DNA of 47,198 nucleotides from Octopus bimaculoides. Taxonomy: Eukaryota. The DNA lies in NCBI RefSeq assembly GCF_001194135.2, contig NC_068981.1, positions 154,051,613 to 154,098,810 of the forward strand, in the 5' to 3' direction. A program made the position numbers and the translations under genes. The notes below the pieces were generated by a model. That model saw only the letters and a program-made list of their open reading frames with translations, was not told where the DNA came from and did not search any database. Of the stretch, positions 38,160 through 47,198 are shown one piece after another; position 1 is the stretch's first letter; every line of letters starts with the position of its first letter.

Positions 38160-39125
38160 ACAACCAAAAGATGATCCGATTTCTCTGGTCTAAAAGAGTG
38201 TCAGGGGCTGAAGATCATCGCAGGCTTTCGGTATAATATGGGGACAGTACTCTCTACATAGAAGTGTGTATGAGTGGATTGAGAAGTTTGAAAATGACTA
38301 GATAAGCATGAAGCATGAATAAGGGGCAGGATGTTCATCAAATGCCACCACTGACCTGAAGATTCAACAAACTGGAGAGATGCTTCTGGCAAACCGATGA
38401 GTGACCATCAATGAGGTGGCATGTTCTCTGCAAATTAGTCATGGTTCTGCATATGAAATCATCCACAACAAGCTTTGCTTCTGTAAAGTCTGTGCAAGGT
38501 GGATGCCAAGAGAGCTTACCAAAGCACATAAGTGTGATCGTTGTGAGACCTGTCAATGCTTACTTGACCGCTACAGCGATGAAGCCAAAGTTTTTTTTGG
38601 AGAGAATAGTCACGGGTAATGAGATTTGGGTCCATCATGTTCAACCAGAATCCAAAAGCAGAGCATGGAGTGGAAATACTCGGAATTGCTAGCGAGAAAA
38701 AAAAAAAATTCATAACTCAACCTTCTGCAGAAAAAGGCCTATACTGGAACCTTACCTGGAAAAGAAGTCTACAGTTACTAGTGTAGGCTACAGTTAAATG
38801 CTGGCCAACAAATTGTAACTAGCAATTCGTACCAAATATCAAAGTCTGTTGTCAAAGCAAGTGTTATTTTTGCACAGCAATGCTCGCCCACAGTCTAGAT
38901 CTTGCCTTCTTCTGACTATCACCTCTTCTGACTGCTCAAATATCTTTTGCTACAAGGTCATTGATTTGCTATGGATGAAGTGCAAAAAGCGAGGCATAAA
39001 TGGTTGCACGACTAGCCAAAAACCTTCTTCTCCAATGGAATAAGCAAGCTTGTGGACCACTGAAAGAAGTGCATTTGAAAGCAAGGAGAGTATGTTGAAA
39101 AATGAAGTAACTTTTCAACCCCTGT
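38160..39125 (+). mobile_element. Degraded mariner transposase
   Basis: IRFLWSK...VYEWIEKF (HTH), KVCARWMPRELT (WVPREL motif), IVTGNEIWV (IVTGDETWV), LFLHSNARP (LHDNARPH). Confidence 0.85.
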
Positions 39126-39299
39126 TTTTGTTTTAATAAATTACAGAAACATTCATATCTGTCAAACCCTTTGCAAGGCTTTTTGAGAAACGCTTGCCAA
39201 GGTCCTGTGCCATGAGACTGAAACTGAAATCGTGACTGGGAAGCAAATTTCTTAATGACACAGCTACACCTGATTGGTACTTTATTTTATTGAGTGTGT

Positions 39300-39510
39300 A
39301 AAGGCACTTGTGCTTAGCTGGAAATTGCTAGAGAGCTAAACAAGACCTACTGCTATGGATGCCAAAGCAAGGCTGCACTCGAGCAGATCGTATGAACACA
39401 ATGCTATGTAGAGCAACTCGCCAGACACACTGGATGCCTCTCCAAACACCTCCTTCAACCAATGCAGGACCGAGATGGATGGCATTTGCAGGTTAAAAAT
39501 GTTTGCACAA
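39300..39510 (+). mobile_element. LINE (RTE-like) 3' coding remnant
   Basis: LLLWMPKQGCTRA...YVEQLARHTGC...MQDRDGW, assembled across frameshifts. Confidence 0.5.
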
Positions 39511-40953
39511 GTTCGACTAGATGATATGACGATAGCTAAAAGTAGACTCTGACAAGATTTGAACTGAGAATGTTAAAACAATATAACTAAATACTTCAAA
39601 ATATTTTGTACGACACTAACAATTCTGCCAAACTATCATCCTCACATGTATTACTGCTGCTTGTGTTCATACTGATACTGTTGTTAATGATGATGACGAT
39701 GTCAATGAAGATGATGACAATAACAACAATGATGATGGTGGTGATATGAAGAGGAAGTAGAAACAATGCTTTGAGATTGTCTTCCAGAAATATGACAATC
39801 CGAATTATTGATCAAATTCTATTTTTAGTATAAAAAGGAGTACCAAACACACATTTTAGTTCCACTAGACAAATATTGATTTCATATGAAGTCAGTACAA
39901 CCTCAGTAAAGCAAAATTAATCTGCTTTGGAGTTGATTTGTTACAGCAGTTATATTTTATCATTTACGTATATGTAAAATAAATTTAAAATTTTCAAAAT
40001 ATGCTAAAGAATTTTAGGGCTTAACCATTTCTTCTAAATCTTCTCTTGAAGAGGTTGCAGGAAATCTGAACTTCCAATGACAATTTTTAGATGTTGAGAT
40101 CTCGAGTTTACATCAGAGTGACTTCCCATTGTCTAGTCCAGACCAAAGAATGAATTTTTAACTTAATAATACAGTGCAACCATATATTACAACAATGAGC
40201 AATACTCACTCGTGGTATCTATGGTATGTAAAGAAAAAGAAAAAAAGGACACATGACTTAGTAGATATTTTTGTTACAAAATAAAAAAAACAACAACAAA
40301 CAAACAAGAAAACGACATTGTTTTGAAATAAACAGACCTGTAATTCACGAAGAAAACTTGTCACGACACTATTGCATGTCAAGCATCTGAGGCTGACGAC
40401 ACAGGTACTGCCTGTCAGTGTCGAAGCACATTCATTGACAAACAGAAAGTCATTGATGTCTGAAATCATGGTTTTTGCTTAAAACCTCCCGAGGTTGAAG
40501 ATTGACCCTCAGAATATTTGACACAATACCAGTATTTGGTACACGTGTCCGTGGAATAATTTATACGCTCTATGTGTTAATTCAATGAGCCGGCAATTCA
40601 GATGATGGAACAACTAAACGATCTTCGTCGAAACTGGAGATCCACCCATCCATAATTAAACAATCTTTGTCATGTTAAATAACCCAGCATTATAATGTTG
40701 ATTTCTGACCCTGTGTGTGTGTGTTTGCATATGTACATTTACCTTGATGTTGCTTAACCTCGGTCAGCTCTAAGCGGAGGTAATGAATACGTACACCACC
40801 CGTTTTCGGCGTAACAAAAACCCTAACCCTAAATACCGGGTGTACGTATTCTTTACTTTCGCCCAGCTCTGATTGCACTAACTCTATGGGCAAAGACATT
40901 CCAGTCATGCCCACCCCTATCTTATTCAGACAATGGTATGGTGTGGTGTACAC

Positions 40954-41211
40954 CACGGCTACTCAAAGTGGTGGTCCGCGAGCCATAAGCTGCCGATATG
41001 CGGCGAGTTTCCAGAAAAGAATAAAACATTATATAATGCTTATGTAATATTGTATTATTTGTTTACAAAATAAATATAAGATAAAAAAAAATGTCTACTT
41101 TTATTATATTCATTACATCTATTGTTTCCGGTACTAAGTATTACTGGTCCCTGGCACATTGGGGGAAAAAAAACTGCCGGTACACCACATCAGATAGTTT
41201 GAGAAGCACTC
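40954..41211. mobile_element. hAT MITE, 258 bp
   Basis: Imperfect TIRs cacggctactcaaa and tttgagaagcactc; perfect 8-bp TSD GTGTACAC (40946-40953, 41212-41219). Confidence 0.8.
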
Positions 41212-42189
41212 GTGTACACAATCTCAGTTATCATATCACCAATACTACAAATGATGATGATGGTGATTGAGATTGTGTTGGTGATTAGCTGGTCACAGTT
41301 TTGTTGGTGGTGAGAGGTGAGAGAGGTATCACTGGAATTAATATCAATGATGGTGATTGGTGACAGTGGTGTTCTCATCTCCACAACCACTACTGTGCTG
41401 TGGTATTGGCGTCATTCACCATCGATGGGTTGTTTATAGCTGGTAGAAGGCATCAATAATACAACTACATCATCACCATCAATAATACAACTACAATCAT
41501 CACCCTAATCACAACTAACCCTACAAACACTCACCTACAACCCACCCGTAATTCTTTAATGACAAACAACATTAACACCCGCAATAAATCAATGTCAGTT
41601 GGTATATCTACTTACCTTCACCAAAGTATTGTCCTCCACCAAGAGGCGTAACCAGTTTCTAAAGTTGTGAGGAGCGAGCAGATACAAAAAGGCACCGAGA
41701 TACATACCAAACACTCTTCAGCATTTCTCTTATCATTTCATTATATAATATTCCATTAGTTATAACATACGTAATTGTATTTTATGTCCATTAATTTCTT
41801 GTTTCAGTAACAATGTCATTATGTATGAAGTTCACAACTACTGATATAGATAACTAATGAGTTTTGTAAAAATTGCCGGAGAGGCGTCAATTTGGAAAAT
41901 GTGCTCGGGAGAAGCGGTCGCTTCTCTTGCTCCCCTGTTAGCTACGTTACTGTCTCCATCTCACAGGAAATCTCAATCCTTAAAAACGGAGGTACCACTG
42001 TTACGATTGTCAAATTCTCAGTTCTCCCTGAGAAGAAATTATAATCATTACATTTCCAAATATATACTCTTAAAATGAAAGTGTAGAATAACTTTAATCC
42101 GGTATGCATTATGGATTATTTGAAGACAGATGACATTATTGCAACCCAGAAAACGTGTATGTGCGCAGACGAAATGGTTTAGTAAACAA

Positions 42190-42385
42190 TACCACCAAAA
42201 TAAAAAAGGGATTTCTGCAGTACGTACCTGACAGAAGTACGGAAACTTTAGAATCTGTTATAAAGGGGAATGTGTTGCCTGTTCCAACAATTTCCACCGA
42301 TAAATGGGCCAGCTATCGAAATCTCCAGCAACTTGGCTGCATTTACAGAACAGTGAATCATAAATTTCGAGGATTCAGATACCGG
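42190..42385 (+). mobile_element. Merlin (ISXO2/IS1595-like) transposase fragment
   Basis: VPDRSTETLESVIKGNVLPVPTISTDKWASYRNLQQLGCIYRTVNH matches the VPDRS..TL..II...V..G..I.TD.W..Y..L......TVNH pattern. Confidence 0.7.
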
Positions 42386-45300
42386 GGCAGGTGTTCTGTT
42401 ATTTAATTTAATTTTATATTTTCCTTGATTCGCTCGAAATAGCAGCATGCACAAATGAACGGGCCGCGTTTAAAAAAGTTTCATTACAATTGAATATATT
42501 TAAAAATTGGAATTTTTGAAAATAAAATTTTTCAGAACCATTAATTCCGTATTTGTTACCGTGTAAATTAATCAGTTAAAAAAATGCAAGTCCTCACAAA
42601 AAAAAATAATAGCAACAAAAAAGTAACAAAAAGAATGAAGTGCGTGCTCGACACCTATAGATTTAGCTGTTATTTCTAGCTATTCCAGGATAACTGTCTC
42701 ACGATGGATTTTCTCCGTTTCGCTAGACGTTTTTTTGTTGTTTTTTTTTTGTTGTTTTTGCACTACGCATCTCGAAACGATGATGGAGTAGGGGTGAATG
42801 AGCTTCCGAAAATTTTTTTTGAAATTCACGATTTTTTAACCTGTGACCCCGCTCCATTATACTCTTGGAATACAATAAAATAATTAAAAATAACAGAAAA
42901 GAGAAAAATCATTTTAGTGGTGGTTTACTTTTATGAGGACTCGATGAGTGTGTGTGGGAATGTTTTAATTATATGGATTTTAAAATTTCTTTCTCCTAAA
43001 AATGTGGAGTGCATGTGATGTGTTTCAGAATATAGAGTAACTATATGAGGGGAAAATTTTTTTTTACTGGTACTTGGCTATTGTGAAGGTACGATGTAAG
43101 GGGAATGGGAAAGATAGATGTTTAAAAATTATGGATTTTTTTTTTCAGTAAAAGCTTCCCTCCCCAATTGTTTTGAAATGCGGGATGCAACAAAAGAGAA
43201 AGAAAAGAAAAAAAATGAAAATCCCGGCTAAAACGGAGAAATTTTAACTTATGTGGAATAACTATTCCGAAAGTTCGCCGGAAACAAGTAAAGATTGGTG
43301 ACAGGAAAGGCATCCGGCCATAAAAAAAGTGCTTCAACACATTCTACCCGACCTATAACAGTGGATGATGACGAACATAGAGAAACACAGAGAGTAGAAT
43401 TCTTTGTTGTTTAACTTCGTAAATAAAATGGGAATAAGTCAGAGAGAGAATGTTTCACAATGTACGTTGCCAATTACTATTAATTGGTGCTGGATTTTAA
43501 TAGGTCATAACTAGTATCGACTTGTTTTTCCCGTGTTTATATTTTTTCTTGCTAATATATGAATGAAAATAAATAAAAAAGTAATGGTAATCTTCAAGTT
43601 TAGGGGGGTAAAAAGTAAATAAAAATATTCAAGGGAAATAACTGAACGACTTACCATTATTATCCGTTTTCTTTTAGCTGTTTATAAATAAATCACACAC
43701 GTGCTTTTTTTTTTTTCTTCTAAAACTGCATGCGACGGAATTTTTTCTTATAAAAGTTTAAAATGTTTTTTTCTTTTTCCAAAACGGAAACGAAATGGTT
43801 TGCAGAAGTACCCGACGGAACGGAGTCAAAAACAACAGGCAGAAAAGAAACAATTGTGCATGGAGAGAACTTTGTCGATGGAAATGATAATGAAATTCAA
43901 CAGATAAATTTCTAGGACTTGCATGCTGATCTCAATGAGATCGTGTTCATTAAAAATAAATATTTATTAATGAAATTTTCTACAGTTATGCTCCAGATGT
44001 TTGAATATATTGCACTGTAGAAAATTTCATTAAATGAACACGATCTCGCCGAGTGAGGGTCACCAAACAGTTCTAGAAATTCACCTACTCAACATTATAC
44101 ACTTCAGAAATGGCAGCCAAAAAATAAACAAACGTTTTTTTCTTTTGGGATTGAATTCCGCCATAGAAATGCATATAGATAAGATGAGATTGAGGATTTC
44201 GTTTTCAGCAACAAGATGTTGTGCAGCCGGTCTTCCACTAGGCATTTTCGATTTCTCATAAGAAACTATGATATTCAATCACATGTGTGATTTATTTATA
44301 AACAGAGTAGTACGGAGAATACTGGTAAGACGTTCAGTTACGTCCCTTGAATATTTTTATTTATTTTTTTTACTCTCCTAAACTTAAAGATTATCAAAAG
44401 TAATACCTAAGGCACATAATCCACAAATATTTGTTAAAAAGAATTAATGGACAATCTTCGAATATGCTGTGTTCAAAAGTGCAGAATTTATTAATTTATT
44501 TCATGGTCGACGTAAATTATCTCCCTTTAAATATACACTCTGCATTATGATAGCTTTATATTAATTATTGTTATATATAATATATAAATAACATAAAGAA
44601 AACATTATTATTATTATTCAAATATTCAAAGTTTCATCCTTTCGAAGTCGATAAAATAAGTACCAACTGAATTCTAGGGTTGAATTTCAGCTGAACTTTG
44701 GTGGGAAGTTGAGCACTCCCCTCAAAATTCAGGCCTTGTGCCTATAGTAGAAAGGACTATCATTATTATGAATTTAAAAAGAAACAAAAATTATCATTAA
44801 GTTTTGCGCTACAAGTTTAAATCCGGAAGTGGCCAACTTTGTGCTTCGACCGGGATCGATCACATATAGTCTAAATCAAATACTTGGGTCAATTTAATTG
44901 ACTGCTTCCCTTCTCAATTGCAGAAATTATTAATTATATCATTTTTAGAAAATAATATTGGACCACGTAGACTCGTCACAGCTCACATTGTATTGATTTC
45001 TTGGAAGTAAGGGAAATAACTGTTGGTATTTAGCTTTTTTATACCGTTATTGAGAAAAAAATCGCGTTGTTGAGTACAGATTTCCAACGAGACGATTCAT
45101 GGTTTTTATGGTAGCGAATGTCATACGGACTCGTTCTAGTACAAATATCTCAAAGGACCTCTCTTTGAAAAATGCATTTTTTCGAAAAAAATGTTTCGGA
45201 TTCCTACGTTTTAGATGTCGGAGATTACGAATATGTAAAAAAAAAAAAAAAATTTTTAACCCCCTTCCGTTTAAAATTTTGAACTTTTTCGAAATTTTTT

Positions 45301-46278
45301 CCCCTATGTTTTAGATGACGGAGATTCCGAATATGCAAGAAACCACGTTTTCAAAATTTTAAATTCAATAAGCATATAGATATGTGTATAAAAAGATAGA
45401 TAGATAGATATGAATTTCTTCCTGGGGCTAAAAACAACAGTAACACCGTCCTCTATACTATAGAGTCTATAGGACCACCACATTTAGTTGACAAATATAT
45501 TNNNNNNNNNNNNNNNNNNNNNNNNNNNNNNNNNNNNNNNNNNNNNNNNNNNNNNNNNNNNNNNNNNNNNNNNNNNNNNNNNNNNNNNNNNNNNNNNNNN
45601 NNNNNNNNNNNNNNNNNNNNNNNNNNNNNNNNNNNNNNNNNNNNNNNNNNNNNNNNNNNNNNNNNNNNNNNNNNNNNNNNNNNNNNNNNNNNNNNNNNNN
45701 NNNNNNNNNNNNNNNNNNNNNNNNNNNNNNNNNNNNNNNNNNNNNNNNNNNNNNNNNNNNNNNNNNNNNNNNNNNNNNNNNNNNNNNNNNNNNNNNNNNN
45801 NNNNNNNNNNNNNNNNNNNNNNNNNNNNNNNNNNNNNNNNNNNNNNNNNNNNNNNNNNNNNNNNNNNNNNNNNNNNNNNNNNNNNNNNNNNNNNNNNNNN
45901 NNNNNNNNNNNNNNNNNNNNNNNNNNNNNNNNNNNNNNNNNNNNNNNNNNNNNNNNNNNNNNNNNNNNNNNNNNNNNNNNNNNNNNNNNNNNNNNNNNNN
46001 NNNNNNNNNNNNNNNNNNNNNNNNNNNNNNNNNNNNNNNNNNNNNNNNNNNNNNNNNNNNNNNNNNNNNNNNNNNNNNNNNNNNNNNNNNNNNNNNNNNN
46101 NNNNNNNNNNNGAAATGCTTTGCGGTATTTCGTCTGGCTTTATGTTCTGAGTTCAAATTCCACTGCGGTCGATTCTGCCTTTCATTCTTTCGGGGTCGAT
46201 AAATTAAGTACCAGTTGCGTACTGAGATCGATCTAATCGACTGGCCCCCATCCCCCCAAAATTTCGGGTCTTGTGTCT

Positions 46279-46575
46279 GTGGTGTATGCGTGCGAGTAGA
46301 TGTAATCGCCTTACCTCGGTTTTCCTTTCGTCGACTGCGAGTCTGTCTTGCGGTATCCAATCCTTGAAGCTTGCCCCCATCTAATAGTTCCTAGTTTAAC
46401 GAAGGCAGCGTAATCGCTCTCCGTATACGCTTCTCTCAACCTCCGTTCGATGTTCTCCGCGTTCAACCTCTCTTCCTCGTCCATCTCTAAATACAGGGCC
46501 AGGGCGCTCCCTTTCAAGTATAGTGCCATGAGACTCGCCACATCACTTATTCCTTGTAGCTTGGCAACGGTGTCT
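46279..46575 (-). mobile_element. Isolated gag fragment of a Gypsy-like LTR retrotransposon
   Basis: VAKLQGISDVASLMALYLKGSALALYLEMDEEE...IERRLREAY...KL..IRW matches, from memory, the gag of the family whose pol is at 19.6-21 kb. CpG-rich, no internal stop. Confidence 0.75.
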
Positions 46576-46826
46576 AGAGTAGAAAAGAATATTTTTATAA
46601 CAAATCATACAAAACAGAAAAAAATGGGTCTTTACCCTTTGATCTAAGTATTTGATTTAGACTATATTAATAAAATTAATAAACACGAAGACTAGAAAAA
46701 TTAATAACCAGGAAAACTGAAAAAAAATTCAACATCTTATTGAATCTGATAACATTTTCATAACAAATCATACCATTCCTATTGAGGAAGCCAAAAGTCA
46801 ATATATATAAACATGTACACCTTTTA

Positions 46827-47198
46827 TTAGATTTTGCTGGCTGTGTGGTAAGTAGCTTGCTTACCAACCACATGGTTCCGGGTTCATTCCCACTGCGTGG
46901 CATCTTGGGCAAGTGTCTTCTACTATAGCCTCGGGCCGACCAAAGCCTTGTGAGTGGATTTGGTAGACAGAAACTGAAAGAAGCCCGTCGTATATATATA
47001 TATGTGTATATGTTTGTGTCTGTGTTTGTCCCCCAACATCGCTTGACAACCGATGCTGGTGTGTTTACGTCCCCGTAACTTAGCGGTTCGGCATAAGAGA
47101 CCGATAGAATAAGTACTAGGCATCCAAAGAATAAGTCCTGGGGTCGATTTGCTCGACTAAAGGCGGTGCTCCAGCATGGCCGCAGTCAAATGACTGAA
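46827..47198 (+). mobile_element. SINE family 1, young near-consensus copy running to the window end
   Basis: Closely similar to 2656-3046, CpGs retained. Confidence 0.9.

Noticed and set aside
40690-41390. Two ORFs (41190-41390 and 40690-40956) that would fuse if the hAT MITE were removed
   Set aside because: The upstream part is (ATC)n-like low-complexity sequence and the frame agreement comes from the duplicated target site; the product does not look like a protein.
44081-44278. Minus-strand ORF MPSGRPAAQHLVAENEIL... ending at a GTGAAT donor
   Set aside because: No recognisable homology, and I could not link it in phase to the other candidate exons.
19000-47198. Unistrand piRNA cluster beside a piRNA-pathway gene
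   Set aside because: The TE fragments lie in mixed orientations and the density may be ordinary for this genome; only small-RNA data could show a dual-strand cluster.

Overview
Eukaryotic, AT-rich, repeat-dense genomic DNA with five N-gaps. The repeat content (tRNA-derived SINEs with an internal (TG)n, RTE LINEs with a shared 3' tail) points to an octopus or other cephalopod genome; this is inferred from memory of those families, not from a search. One gene is clearly recognisable: the 5' part of a TDRD5-like LOTUS (OST-HTH) domain gene on the minus strand. Three coding exons with compatible phases can be traced (18284-17743, 11398-11004, 669-536) and the gene runs off the left edge. Most of the remaining sequence is transposon debris: RTE LINEs, two SINE families, Gypsy-like LTR gag and pol pieces, two Helitron pieces, mariner, hAT and piggyBac-type MITEs, and Merlin/ISXO2 remnants. 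Points worth follow-up: a CpG-rich island with antisense splice signals inside intron 1, a possible unannotated multi-exon minus-strand gene at 40-41.7 kb, a gag fragment inserted into a SINE between 6-bp direct repeats, an inverted duplication around a gap, and a hairpin enclosing two telomeric repeats. I found no CRISPR array, rRNA or true tRNA gene, and no clearly new biological system; the findings are hypotheses.
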